Below, one piece after another: positions 1 to 13,864 of a stretch of DNA of 64,000 nucleotides; the stretch's first letter is position 1; each line of letters opens with the position of its first letter. The stretch is taken from positions 1 to 64,000 of the forward strand of contig JBLWGC010000202.1 in assembly GCA_048772705.1 (NCBI GenBank). Direction: 5' to 3'. Below the pieces are notes generated by a model. That model was given only the letters and a program-made list of their open reading frames with translations, ran no database searches and had not been told where the DNA came from. The translations under genes were made by a program, and so were the position numbers. The DNA is from Leidyana gryllorum EB-2025a. Taxonomy: Eukaryota; Protista; Apicomplexa.

Positions 1-1653
1 TTCGGGATATGAATGAATATTTCATTTGAGCAGTTGAAGGCTGCGATCCATTGCATAACCGCTTTCTACATTTATATGAGTCCCAAGTTGATGACTCCGT
101 ATCTGGAGAAGTCTATTCGCGTTTTCGAAAGTTTGGAGTTCCATTTCCACGAGGAAATCCGGTGTGCTGTGGTCCGGTTGGCAGCCAACATTACCATTGC
201 TGTCCACAGATTCAATAGCCCAGCGTTGCCGTGGTACAATCCCTCATTGAATGAGCCTTACTATGACAGCGATGACGAAGTCTGGCGGACATCGATCGAT
301 CGCGGCTGGAAGGGGGGTTTCCCAACTCAGAATACGTTGGGATCCACCACTCAATTGGTGTGGTTTGAGACTGTTCTCCCCAGTATCGCGTGCATCCTGA
401 GCAATGATAGCGACTCGGAAGTTATTACAGAGGCCACACACGTTTTGGCCATGTTGTTCGAAGTCCTCGGCCCGGGCTGCTTGGCTATGGACACCGGAGT
501 GCCCAACCAACCGGCACCTATCCACGAAGAGTTGTCGGGTGTGATCGTCAACGTCCTCAAAGCCCTCTTCGACAACACACATCCGTGTCAAGCTGCCTAT
601 GATGTCTCGTTGTTTGACGACGAGGAGGAGGCTCGTCTGCGGGAAGAGGAGCTGTTCGAGGGCTCTGGACAATTGTTGGGAGCCTTTGCTGAGATTCTGG
701 GCCCCCAACTCGCTCCCGCGATGTTCCGTGAATTCCAACCCGCTCTGCTCAAACTCGTTAACCACAAGACGAGCTTCTCGTTGCGGTGCAATGGGTTGGG
801 TTGCTACGCGGGTATCCTGCAGACACTCAACATTATCACCAAACCCGGAGCGACGACTGATGTGGTCGCGGCCAACGAGGCGCGTCAATTACTGAGACAC
901 TACAGTAGCGATGTGGTTGGGACTCTTTCGGAGAGCATTCGTCAGAATGTGTCGTCTATTCTGCGTCAGAACGCCGGTTTCTGCGCCGGAGTGATCGCTG
1001 AAGTTATGCCCGAAGAGCCTTCCTTCAAAGCCCAACTGGGTAACATTTGGACGTGCATCAAATCGGCTCTCATTGAGTACAGCCAACACACACCTATCCA
1101 ACAAGAGTTGGATGCATTGGACAACTTGGTGTCGGCTGTGGCCAGATTCATTGTGTACCTCCCCCCCTCGTCCTTGGGACCGGAGGCTCAGCGACCAGCC
1201 GAGTCGACGTCTTACGTCCCAATGGAAGAGGCCGTCGACATTGTGTGCAGAATGATGCCTCTCAGAACAGACTGGATGGAATCGGTCTCGTGCGCGAAAG
1301 CGTTCATCAAAATCATTCAGGAGTATCCCATTCAATTTGTGCGGAGCAAACTGGTTGAGATTGCCGAGGCGGCGATCCAGTTGGCGACAGTGCCCGAATG
1401 CGCCAAGTTGTTGGCCAAGAGCCCTGGAATGGTCCCAGAGCTCAAAAGCAATATGCATCACGACTTGACCATCGCCATTGTTCATCTACTGAACTATTTG
1501 GGAGAGGATATCGGTGTGCCCCCGCAGCCGGGCAGTCTGAAAGTGTGCTCAGTCGCTCTGAAGGACCATCCAGTTGTCAAGGAACTCGTTAGCCGGCCGG
1601 CTATTCTGCAGTCAACAGCCGCTAGAGACTTCATAATGTCCATTTTTCCGTGA
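1..1653 (+). CDS. Importin-4-like karyopherin-beta, C-terminal HEAT region (5' end outside the window)
   Basis: Motifs resemble the IPO4/Kap123 C-terminus: HEEIRCAV, LLGAFAEILGP, LRQNAGFCAGVIAE, LDNLVSAVARFI, MPLRTDWMES. Confidence 0.7.
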
Positions 1654-1823
1654 TGAATGAATGATCAGTCAGTCATTCAATCAGCAATAGTGAACCAAAA
1701 AAGCCCTTTTTGTGCACCACCAACATGGATAACATATGTAACGAACTCAAACACTATGACATGGTAATGTCGTTACCATCACGCTCAGTAGTCAATGGCA
1801 GAGTATCGTAGGACCACCGTATT

Positions 1824-4800
1824 ATGGCAGCGGAGGATCTCCGCAATCGACTGAGCCAACGAGATTTGAGTATCAATACAAACAATGACTTTGACCGTGT
1901 TATCCAGGCCCTCACACGCGCTATCACTCAGGATCATTCCAGCGAAGTCCGACGGGCAGCAGGACAGGCGATGAGCGAAGTCATTATCGATTGTGCTCAA
2001 TTGCGAAATAAAGAGGTGAATATCTCTGACTGACTGACTGACTGGCTGACTGACTGACACCACCCTCTCCCCCTCTCCCCCCTCACTGACTGACTGACTG
2101 ACTGACTGAATTACCACCGACACCACCACCACCACCAACACCACCTGTTCAGCGATTGTCAACTTGTGTCAAACTCGTCGACACTTGGCTTTGGGATGAT
2201 AAAGAAGAGAGCGGATACAACCAGCAGACCAAACGCAGCGAACTCAATGACTGCGCGGCTTATGTGATGAGTTGTGTCCTTCTCCAACTTGAAAGCGAAA
2301 AGGAGCGCAAAATACCCCAAGACCTCCTGGGCCCGACTATCATTGAACACTTTCTCCGAACGTAAGCTCGAGGAGAGGACCGAGCAGCCTGCATATGTCC
2401 CTTCCCCGTCTCCCATCGCAGACATGACGAGATGCAGCAAAAGGGGAGACTTCCAGTCGAGGGGGCGCTCAATGTACTCACAGAAGTCACAAGAAGGGCG
2501 ACACCATCCAGCAGAGCGCTGCCCTCGATCCCCAGCTTCCTCTTCACCACCATCATGACAGCGTGTTCGGAGACGGGCTCCCCCAAGAGCGGAGACGTCC
2601 ACTGGCACCTCTTGAAAAAACAGGTCCGACTGCTGGTAGAACTCGGACGGTGGGTCTCCTGGACCACCGTGGGGTCGTGGATCCAATCTCTGGCCGAGAC
2701 CTGGCGGAGACACCGGATAGCCGGCGATAAGGAGATGGAGACGCCGGCAGCAAGTCCGGAATCGGACGCCGTGAAACTGATCGTCGAAGCTCTGGCATTG
2801 TTGACAGCAAAGTATCATCGATCTCTCCTGGAGGCCTCGAACGCCGACGCATTTGAGATTCTCAGAGACGTCGTTGTCGACCTCGCACAGCTCATCACTC
2901 TGGGAGACATGGAAGCGATGGACATCGACTTGTTTGAAACCGTGATGGCGTCGCTGGCGACAACACTCCCAGGGTGTCAGGGAATCGACTTTAGCCGCAA
3001 CTGTGCCGCGTCTCTCCTCGACGCCGCCACAATGGCTCTGAGCAAAACAGCTTCTGAGGCCGCACGCGAGGTCGAAACAACCACCTCGGAGATGGTCGTC
3101 GACGATGAAGACGACGATTGGGACATAGAGTTGGCAGACGAAGACGGCGGACTCGAAGCCAATGATGAGGGCGGATCAGATTGGAGACGAACCGTCGCCC
3201 TCACAACTACCCTTCACGGACTACTCACTCCCACTATTCTCTACGATGATCGGGGAGACACCTTGACCGAAAAGGCACTCTCTGCCCTCATCAAATTAGG
3301 TCTAGTTAGCCACGAACGGGTCATCACATCCAGCGTTGCCAAAGCGGTCGTAGACATCCTCGGCACCTACCTGAACGCTCGAGACCGAATCTCACCATCC
3401 CTATTAACCAATCCAATTCTGGTGAGCCAAACCAATACACACACACCCAATCCCCCCTTAACACACACACACCCAATCCCCCCTTAACACACACACACAC
3501 ACGATCCTCCCCCCCCCACACACACACACACATACACACACACTTCACCTCGCAGATCGGAGACGCGTGTGAATTGGTGGTGTCAGCGAATGATGAGGCG
3601 GTTTTGGGGATCATCACAAAGCTTCTCACGGCCTACTCTGAGTTTCAAAGTACCGATCTCTGTTCGTCGAAGAAAGACACACAGGCCGCCTGCACTCGGA
3701 TGGAATCATCGCTCGTCTCATTCTTCCCACAAGCGTCGGGAGCTTCCCGTCTACGCATTCTGGACGCTCTTTGTGGTGTTTTGGAACCCACTGCAGATCT
3801 TGAAGGACTCGTGTGCGATCTCTTCAGTAGTCCCAGTGTCGTAGATTCGCAGGCGACCAAGGACTTCTGGAGCCGTCTCGCCACCACCTATGTCTCCCGC
3901 AGCACCTCAAAGACACTCCGTCTTCCTGAAACCACCAATCCGACACTTCAGGAACTGGAATTCCGCAGTGAGCTCTATCATCACTTCACTTGTTATCATA
4001 CGTGTGTGTGTGTGTTTTCGCTTGCAGGCGCGGTGGCTGAACACGGCGGGCAATGGACTTTGGCGGCATCGGCTCCGGCTTGTGCTTGGCTGGAAGCTGT
4101 GGAGACGCGGAGGGGTCCGATGTGAGTTGTTTCGTTTGTATTGGTGTCTCTCTCGCACATCTTTCTTTCTTTCCTTCACCCACCAGAGACGCCATGTTAT
4201 CGGGTCTGATGGTTCTGGGTTTCCTGACCTTTGTTCAGAGCCGCGAAAGTGTCCCTCGGGAGCAGCTGAGAGGGCGGGTGCCGAGCAAATGTGCAGTGTA
4301 TCCGCTGACGTTGGAGAGTGTGTGTCCGCACAAGTGCGAATTGCTGCAAGAGGCACTGAGTCAGGGCAAAGGATTGTGTTTGCGGTGGGAGTCTGGGTAC
4401 ATTTTTGGTCTCTGTTTGACGGTACAATCGGACGCTGAGCTTCTGAACGCGGCGACGAGTATCGTGACGTCTCCCGAGAGTGACGTCTTTGACACCTTCG
4501 AGAGCGCTTTCAGAGTCCTCCAGCGATCTGATCCCGCAGCTCTGGCGGGATTGGCCTCCGCATCGCAGACCCGGCGGCAGCTGCATGTGGGGTCACTGGG
4601 AGCGTTGATCGCTGTGGAGGGTTGCAACGCCCAGCTGTTCCACACCCGCGTGAAGGAGGCGTCGCAGGACCCGGTGGTCGCAACGGTGTGTGCAGTGATA
4701 TGGGCGGCCCGATTTCAGTCTAAGGGTCTGTTGAGCCCGTCAGGAGGGACTCCTTCGACACGGGAGAAAGAGACGTGTCAACAGCAGAGTATGGGCGAGA

Positions 4801-5930
4801 CTGGGTTCAAGAGTTTTGTGGAGAATCTGTTGGGACCACTGGGAATGGATTACGATAAGATTCTGCGCAGTGGACTGTACAATAGTCTGCTGAGTAATCT
4901 ATTTGCACTGCCTCTGATCCAAGAGCTGTTCTCGAGCCACTATAGTCCTCATCCACTAAGTTTGGTTCCGAGCACTGTCACAGAAGACACTTTGGCCGAA
5001 TGGCGGAAACGGTGTCCGAACCCCCCAATTTGGGACTATCGGGCGCTCGAATTGCCTCTGCGGACCCGTTTATTAGCCGTAATGCGTCGCGTATGGGGTG
5101 ATAGAGTTCGGGAATTGGTGTTGACCAAACACGAGCAGTTGCTGTGTGAGTTGGTCGAGATGGAATGGAAATTGGAGAGGGACACTTTGAGGGCGTTCGG
5201 TGATAAATGGCCCCTCACTCTGACGTGTCAGGAGGACATCCCGTGCATCGCGGCTGTCTCTGCCTTTTATCTCCAATTACTGCAAAGCGGGTCTCCCTTA
5301 ATGATTGCTGAGTTGAAAGATCGCGAAGATTTGGTCAGTCAGATGCTCAAACTTGTAGAGTCGGATGAGGCGTATGTGTTGAAGGTCGACTTTGGCGGTG
5401 GCCGCAGCCGAAGCAGTGACGCGGCGATCGAATTGCGTCGATTCGGAATTCAACTTTTATCAGCGACGCTGACTTTGGCCAGTCCAAGCGGTATCCGGGA
5501 GCTACTGAGATCTGCCGATAACGAATTGGCAAAGTATCTCCTCTCTCAGTATCAAACAATCGCCGAAGCCAATCTCAGTGGCACTCTGACTGGTCTGGCT
5601 GAAGAAGACGACACTCTCGCTACCTTAGCCACCAATACTCTCACACAGATCGTCATGAACCATCCGGATTTGGGAGAGGTCGTCAAGTGTAATACCGACA
5701 AACTCAAGCAGACACTGCAAGTTTGCCATAGATACTTCTCAGCCCTTCTGACCAAAACCCGTAAGTCAACACTGACGACAGTGACAGTTCCCCAATTGCT
5801 GTCTACAGAGATGAAAGAAGCCACCAATGAGCGACTGAAGTCCATAGACGGTTTGATAAATCTAATCGACCGGGTCAGTCTCCCCTCAGACAAATGGATT
5901 CCGTGGCCGCTGACCGCGAGAGAAGACTGA
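1824..5930 (+). CDS. Large multi-exon helical (HEAT/ARM-like) hypothetical protein
   Basis: Consecutive Leu-rich ORFs joined by GT-AG introns at about 2015-2151, 2362-2420, 3422-3555, 3969-4028 and 4122-4186. Confidence 0.6.
2026..2145. repeat. Intronic (TGAC)n and (CAC)n microsatellites
   Basis: Two tgactgactgac runs and a caccaccacc run are directly visible. Confidence 0.9.
3434..3543. repeat. Intronic (CA)n array with a duplicated unit acacacacacccaatcccccttaa
   Basis: Directly visible inside intron 3422-3555. Confidence 0.85.
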
Positions 5931-6195
5931 AGATTGAAGATTGAAGATTAGAGGTTTAGTCGACAATAATTGTATCTCTTTATATCCCTCCTCTCCGCTC
6001 CTCACCCTCAAGAAACAACAACAACTTGGGTGATAGCGCTGTGAGTATATATTTATTAAAGGCAAGAATTTCGGAGGAGTGTTCGTTTCTGAAAGGGGAG
6101 AGACGACGCATTCATTCAGTCAGCACGGAGAACGAACGAACGAACGGACGGACGCGAAAGAACGAACAGAGAATCCCAATAAATCGTTGTCAATC

Positions 6196-7207
6196 TCAGG
6201 AGAACATTTTGGAGTACGCGGCTTTGTCTGCTTCGTTTTGTTTCTTCTCCAATTCCTTGGCTTGTTCGTATGCCTTGCGGATCTCAGCGTTCTTTGGCTC
6301 CTTGACAGCGGCAGCCCGGAGATCTGCCTTGGCTTCAATGGGCATCCCATTGTTCATTCGTGCCACACCCCGACGATAGAGTGCCTTGACATTATCCGGC
6401 TCGTCGGTCAGAACGGCAGTCGCCGCAACAGTCGCCTCAATCCAAGCTCCCAACTTGATGTATGCGCTGTGACAGAAACAAAACAATTATCTTCGATCTC
6501 ACTCGACTCTGTGAGAACTCACTTTGCCAAATTCAAATTGAGGCTCAGACGCAGTGCCTTTCCAGCAGCCTTATCATTTTCGGGCCAGTCGTCCAGTTGA
6601 CCCAACAGACCAACACCCTCCTTGTACTGCAGGACGGCTTCTTTGTTGTCGCCCTTCTTGAAAGCATCGTTTCCAGCAACTTTCAGAGCTCCAGCCTCGT
6701 TCAACCGCTCGTCAGTCGTCATTTCCCACGCCTCCTTCTTCTTAGGCGCAAAGTGCAACAGCTCCACCTCGAACTGCGCAACATTTCTACACACACAAAC
6801 GCACACACGACACTCACCACCAAAGTAGCGTTGGGAGGGATGGTAGGGGGGGAGCCGGACACGCCATAAGCAAAGTCAGGTGCCAGAGTCAGAATGGCTT
6901 TCTCGCCTTTGCACATCGACAAGACACCGACATCCCATCCCTTGATAACTTGTCCTTTGCCCAGGACAAATTTGAACGGGTCGCCGCGATCCACAGAGGA
7001 ATCGAACTTGGTACCGTCAGTCAGCTTCCCGGTGTAATGTACTGTGACCTCATGGCCGTTCTCGGGGCGGCTGAAAATCAAAAGTGTCTATGTTACCCAC
7101 CATCCTATCGACCAGACTCACTTGTCAGCCTGACCCTCAACCAAAATCTCCTTGACAACCTTTCCGTTGCCCAGCAGATCAATCTTCTCACCAATTGGGG
7201 CGCTCAT
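6196..7207 (-). CDS. FKBP-type peptidyl-prolyl isomerase with TPR domain (FKBP35-like), 4 exons
   Basis: FKBP domain [48 protein letters not shown] motifs KVAGNDAFK and NVKALYRRG. Start [11 protein letters not shown] at 7207. Confidence 0.93.
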
Positions 7208-8306
7208 GTCTCTGTCGAAAGGTACACTGAAATTGATTGGTGTAGAATTTTTTTGATACGAGTCGTCTGTGCATCACCAACGGCGCGTTTCTCCCCTGCG
7301 GCCAAGGGGCTCTTGGCCACAGTGGAAACGAACGCACAATGACTCTGGACATTGGATAATAGGCGATGGCTGCGCTCAACCGTCCATTCACAAAATGGAT
7401 AGTTGACTTATCGCGGCTGTGGTAAAGGCTCCAATGTACATTTCACAAACCCTACGCATCATCGACAGACGGCTACCCACAGATTGTAAAAGGAGTCGGT
7501 TCACGATGCTGAAACTGACTCCTCTCGTCTTTGTCCACTGTTCGCGCAATCCTTCGCCAATGTATCGGCCCTCTATTGTAATAGGCGGTGCTCGAAGACG
7601 AGGAGTCGCTTGCAACAACAACGCCCAACGGCTGCGACTCTATCTCAGAACTTCAATACTCCGTCCGTCACCGCGACTCCGTTCGCTATGTGAACGACAG
7701 ATCGGTTCGATGATCTGTACTCTATGTATTAGCCGCCTTTCGGGTGGGTCTGGTCAGCCACGCGAGCAGACCGCCGGATCAGCAACACCGTCTCAGTCCG
7801 CGACCCCGCCCTCCCGGGCTTACTATTGTAACCCTTCGTTAGGTTGATTCGCGTACGTCAACCCCCCAATAGCGCAGCCCGTGGGTGAGGAACATCGGAA
7901 GTTCGATTCAGGACCTCCTTTGTACCTCTCCCATATGGTGACCGACCGGCGCTACAGCCAATATAGTCTTTCAATCGCATGTTGTCCTCACCCAGGCTCA
8001 CAGAGCAGTTCCCCGGACACCTCGCTAACTCAGAGTCTCACCAAAGGCCGCACCAGTCACATGACGCTCACGAAAGTGTGTGTGTGTTCGTATCTCTGTG
8101 TGTGGTCGATCGTGAATGTTTGTGAAGCGGTTTTGGCTCGGAAATTACGATTGAATTGCGCACGGCTCTGTACTATACATCAATAGTGTGGTACCAACGG
8201 AAGAGAGAAACGGTCAGCAGGTGGATGTACTTTTCACGGAAAGGCACCGTGCCGGAAGCAACGCGTCCTCTCTCGTACCCCGCCAGTTAATCAGCAAAAC
8301 TCTTGC

Positions 8307-10300
8307 TTAAACTGTGCCAACGACATCCTCCCCGGCTTGAGTAAAAACTTCTTTGTGCAAACTGGGCGGACACACAGTCGGCAGCGTCACAGGAACATCC
8401 AGATACTCCAGGTCTTCAAACCTTTGATCCAAAATCATGCGACTGAGCCACCATGCATCTGAAGTAATGACGCCGACAGTGCCTAAAACCCCCCCCAGAG
8501 AACTCTGAGCCTCCTTCAGTGTCCCTTCCAGCATGTCAGAATACCACTGACTGATGATCGTCCTGGGCAAGTTCGTTGAATACATAAATGGGAGGTGGAC
8601 AGCCGGAGGAGAAGGACATTTCCATTGCAAGTATGCCCACTTGTCGCCATCCTCAAGTGAGTGAGCCGTCAGATACGTATCGATCTCAACAGCCGACCAC
8701 CCGATGGATTCCAGCACAGCCCGGAGAGTGGCATCGGTATAGAGTCCGGAGACAAGCTCCAATTGCACCTTAGGCCACGGATATTGCAGAAGGGCTGCCG
8801 CTTGGAGGCCGAAACGGATTCGAAGGCCTTTCCGTCGCCAAACAGAGTGCCCGACCAAAATCCAATAAGCCAATACCGCGAGATCCGAAGCTATCCCGGT
8901 AACACCGACATATTGAATTTGACAGCTCTCAATCACACGCTGGAGCGCGTCCGGTGACTCACTTATTCCAGCATACAGGCACAGCACTTTGACACAATCG
9001 GGATGCCAACGTGGGGAGCTCGTCCCTTTAGACAGAGCTTCGACGAGCGTCCATCCCTGCAGAGGTAATTCGATCCGCTGCAGATTCTCAAACGGCAGAG
9101 CTTTGATGCACTCTTCCGTTACATATGGGAAGGCGCTGTCGTTCACACACATAACCTGTGTGACCTCTGACCAATCCACCGGGTGCTCCAGGCCGCTCCC
9201 ACTCAAAAACGCTGTCTCACCACTCACCAACCCAATATTCGTGGGAGGGAGCACAGCGGGAGGCTCGATTAGTGGGAGTGCCTGCCATTGAACAGGCGGG
9301 GACTCCAGATTCCGAGTTCGGGCTAAGCGGAACCATCCGAGGCTCGCACGCACAGTCAGAGGCGATCGCACGATCACTCGGGTTTCGTAGACACACCGTT
9401 GAGCCTGGAGAAGTGCCACAGACGGACTCGATTGTAGAAAAGCGCGACACAGCGGATGCATATCGCGCTCTCGATCGGTCCATTCTTTCTTAAGATAGTC
9501 CACCAGCCTCTTTGACCCCCTATACTCTGTGATCACTGAAGCCTTCACATTACCCACCTCGCGCAAGTTGGCCACACGCCTGATGTTGCTTCAGCGTGCC
9601 ATTGCAAAACATCGGTCGCCCAATTGTATGCTTTCGGTAGGAATGCCGCCAGGGAGGCGGATTTCTTCCAACCCCCGTCAACCACTGAAGAGGGAGAGTC
9701 AGAGATTTTGAAGATCCAATACTTGAATTCGGGTTTCGTCACCGCCACAATAATGTCATTGGGGCCTTCACCCACTGCCCGATGGAGTGCCTCCGCCATA
9801 GAGTGGCGAATAAAGGGAAGCTGCTTCCTACTGACAGCCAAAAACTCCAACATCGGTGCGTCGATATGCAGTGACACTTCAGACAGGCTGGAAGCGTGCA
9901 AGTCCAGATACTTCAGTGCGGGGAAAGTGAGAGTTTGGGACCGCAACGGCCCTTCACTGCTAAAAGTCACCATCAGGGTCGCCTTCGTCAGTGTTGGCAA
10001 ACCCCATTTGCACATCTTGTGCAATAGATCGAGAATGCGGACATCGTGCTTATGCTCGGGCTCTTCGATCCACTTGATTGATTCCAAGCGTGGGCACGAT
10101 CTGTGCACCCACCCTTCGAACCACGAGACGTCGCGCAGCCAAGACCACAGGTTTCCTGTAAAATCAAGTGTTTGTGACACCAACAAAAAATGTCCCGAGT
10201 GAAGAAGGTCGTAAGTCCGTTTACATATCCCCGCCGTTCTGGTCAACTCCCATAGGGGTAAGAATCTCAGAATTTGAGGCCAGCATTGGTCAATCAGCAT
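8307..10300 (-). CDS. F-box protein with LRR-like region (two ORFs, probably joined near 9530-9575)
   Basis: N-terminal LIDQCWPQILRFLPLWELTRTAGICKRTYDLL fits the F-box consensus. CPRLESI, LPTLTKA and FPALKYLDL are LRR-like. The junction between the ORFs is unresolved. Confidence 0.55.
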
Positions 10301-11769
10301 CCCTCGGCACCACAATCGCAAAAAGTCGTCGCGCACACTAGTGTGCTGACTGTCAGTTGTAGGGCGATGTCCTATGGTAATGCCGCACAGGATTCTGCTG
10401 CATTCCCTCGACGTGCAGCTTGATCGAAACGTTGTGTCTCTTACACACGAGATCCAAACGGAGACCCACTTCGCCTGCTTGATCTACTGCACGATCCTGG
10501 CTCGCTGTCTATCCAAACTTGACGGGCGAGTATTAGATGCTTCGACTGCTTCCCCACCCATCCATGAGAGATCAATGGCACTGTAGTTCTGAAACGTCGT
10601 CTCACAACAGCATCACGGCCATCAGGTTAGACACTCGGCGTCGGACGTCACGCATTTCTGCGCTCGTGGCCGCAGGAACCAACAGCTCGACGAGTCACAC
10701 ACTAAAATCGCTGTAGCACAACATATCGTGGGGGTTTCTATGGGCAATCCCCCAACTTTTGTGGCTACATCAAATCGGCTGGTCGATATGGCCAATTCGA
10801 GACCTAAAGGCACGTTGTGGTGATTGACGCCCCTCTTGACCGGCTGGGAGCACAATTCTGTCGTGATCTCTCCTCTGGTGGCTGGGAACCACTTCCAACT
10901 ATCGGCTCTCCATCTGGCTGCCGATCTAGAGTAGCACGGGATTTGTCAGGAGCTCGTTCTCCGCCGATTGCATATGTAGTTAAGGGACGAACTTAGGCTC
11001 TGGTGGCGGTAATGGGCCGCTGGGCCTACTATACTAATGAGATTCGGTCTTATCAACCCAACCCTGGCAGCAACCTGGACACCAAGGAAAAAAGAACAAG
11101 AACACACACACAAACACACACACTGATGCGAGAGCAGATCATGTGACGTCACCCTCAATGGTGTGAGACACAGCTTTGATGTTTTGATGTTTTTCACCAA
11201 TGATGTGTTCAATGCGGCCCCGCAGAGATTTGGGTCGGTAGGACAAAAACGGGGTTAGGGTTTTGAGAGTGTGAAATCTTTTTTTAATCATATGGATTTG
11301 GGTGCTTCTTAGTTGTGAGCTGAAGAGGAGTGCTGTTGTTGTTTCGTTTCAATTGCTGTTGTTCTTCTGGTTTGAGTGACTTTGCCCGACGACGGATTGG
11401 ATCATGATGGACAATTATCAACGCTCTGAGTATAAATACTGCGGAGAACTTGTAGGAATCTCTCTGATAATCAATGTGTGCAATCATCTCCATCAGCTGA
11501 GGGTCTGATGCTTGTGGCCCTACCAGCATGACAGAGATGAGACATCGATTCATTGTCTCCACAATTAGCCCATTTTCTTCGAGTTGTCGGAATATGGGTC
11601 TAGTCAGGGAGCCTACAACCCCCAGCAGTTGAATTGTGAGTCAGAGTGAGAGTATTTTATCAAAAAGGGAGGTTAGAGTAGTATGTGACAGCACAGAGCT
11701 CATGAGAGTGGCCGTGGTGCGGACGGCGGATATGATTGGTGGTTAGAAAGGGGACCCATATATATAGCC

Positions 11770-13825
11770 ATGGCCGCCAGTTTTAATACTGCAGTGGCGC
11801 GGAGAATTAGGTTTATAGCCAATCGGGTCCAACGGTCGACCCCAGTGGAGCGGAAACGATGTTTACTGTTACTGGGGCTGTTGTGCTTCCTGTCCATATT
11901 CGTGGTTTTTGCCAACTTTGCTACTGCCACTTTGGATGGAGCTGTGGCTGATCAGAGCGACACTCACCGACAATTATCCAAGATCCTCCAGCAGCAGGGT
12001 TTCACGGCGGCCACTTCAGACATTCCTTTGACCGAGAACGTCCACGGCAATGAGTCAGTGGCCTATGGAGTGACTCTGGTAGGCGATATCAACTTTTACT
12101 CCATCCCCGAAGACCGGCCCGATGTTATGCCCGGAGTGGATGAAAACCACATGCACGGCCGGATCGGTTATCCGCCGGGTTCGGATCAGCCGCTTTGGGT
12201 CCCCAAAGGCATCAGTTTCAGGATGACACCCGAACAGAAACGTCAGGCACACGAAGGCTATTGCTTCAACACTCGAGTAAGTAGTGATGTGGTGGTGGTG
12301 GTCCGGCGCAGACTGATGTTTCCCCTGAATCCCGCTCAGTCCCCCCCAATCGCGAGCACCCACTCTGTTTCTCCCCCTTTAGGTGTCGGCGTCGATAGAG
12401 TTGGATCGGAAGGTGCCAGACTACAATTCACAAAAGTGTTTGAATGCAAAGTACAATAATGAGGAGTTGGATGCAGCGGATGTGGTGATTGTCTTTCACA
12501 ATGAGGATCTGAGTGTACTGTTGAGATCTGTTCACTCTATTCTGAACAGAACGCCTCCTGAACTTCTGAACTCCATCATTTTGGTGAATGACGATAGCAA
12601 TAGGACCAGCCATCCGTGGCTTTTTGAAGATCTTCCGCAACATGTGGCTATTCTCCCCAAAACGCGTTTAATTCATCTCACTAATCGTCGTGGGCTCATG
12701 ATGGCCCGGATGGAGGGCACCAAGATAGCTACAGCCGAGATCACTGTCTACTTGGACTCTCACATAGAATGCGCTCCGAGATGGCTAGAACCGATGCTTG
12801 CTGAGATTACACGCGACCCCAAGCGAATGGTCACCCCATTGATCCATAGTATAGATCCTGACAATCTGGACTTTGAGGTCAACGCCGTCTCAGTCGTTGG
12901 ATTCACCTGGGGATTGGGCCAAACCCACCCCGATCGCCCCACCGATCACTTCTCTCCCATGGAGTCCCCTGTCATGGCCGGCGGCCTCTTTGCCGCCAAC
13001 AGACACTGGTTCCAAGACGAGCTCGGAGGCTACGATCCCGAAATGAAACTATACGGTGGAGAGGAAATGGAAATTGGTCTCAAGGTGTGGCAGTGTGGCG
13101 GCAGTCTGGTGGCTCTGCCTTGCAGCCGCGTCGGCCATATATTCCGAACCGACAAATTCTGGAAAGGACAGGTCTACAAGGTACCCTTCGAGGAGATTAT
13201 ACGCAACAAATTGAGGACCGCTGAAGTCTGGCTCGATGACTACCGCGACATTGCCAAGCTCGCCATGTCCAAACTCCCCGAAAACTACACGCTCGGCCCA
13301 CTCGACCAAGTCATCGCCGTACGCGAACGTCTTCACTGCAAACCCTTCAAGTGGTATCTGGAAAATGTCTTTCCGGAACTCTGGGTACCCGACCTCTCCA
13401 ACTCCTACAAAGGCGCACTGAAAAACAAGAGGACTCGAGCATGTATGGACACTCTCGGTGCCAAGACCAACACCAACGGAGTCATCGGAGTCTACCCCTG
13501 CCATGGACACCACGGCAGCCAGGCCTTCCTCATGAGCATCACAGACGGCTCTCTCAGATCGAGCTCCACCAGCTTCACCGAGTGTGTCCACAAAGGCAAG
13601 GATCTGGGCAATGGTCGCTGGCTGCTCAAGCAAGCCTCAAGTTCGTGCCCCAAGAACAAGTGGGTTTACGAACCCCTGCAGGATGATCAAGGACTAATGA
13701 AACTCAACGACAAGGAATGCCTTCGGGTCGAGCACGACAAGTACGAGGACAAGTCACCCTTCACCTTAGTCTTGACACGCTGTGATCAGACCGACCCCAA
13801 GCAACTCTGGACATGGGTCGAGTGA
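11770..13825 (+). CDS. Polypeptide N-acetylgalactosaminyltransferase (GT27) with C-terminal ricin-B lectin
   Basis: Type II TM anchor, VVIVFHNE, YLDSHIE (DxH), SPVMAGGLFA, YGGEEME, PCSRVGHIFR, lectin CMDT..YPCHG. Intron at about 12277-12382. Confidence 0.95.
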
Positions 13826-13847
13826 GTGAGTGAGTGAGTGAGTGAGT
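13820..13847. repeat. (GAGT)n microsatellite spanning the GalNAc-T stop codon
   Basis: gagtgagtgagtgagtgagtgagtgagt is directly visible. Confidence 0.9.
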
Positions 13848-13864
13848 ACCTTTTTTGTCCAACA

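Noticed and set aside
7810-8020. RNase MRP-like words (gggcttac, agttccccggac)
   Set aside because: They occur in the wrong order for CR-I and CR-V and match imperfectly.
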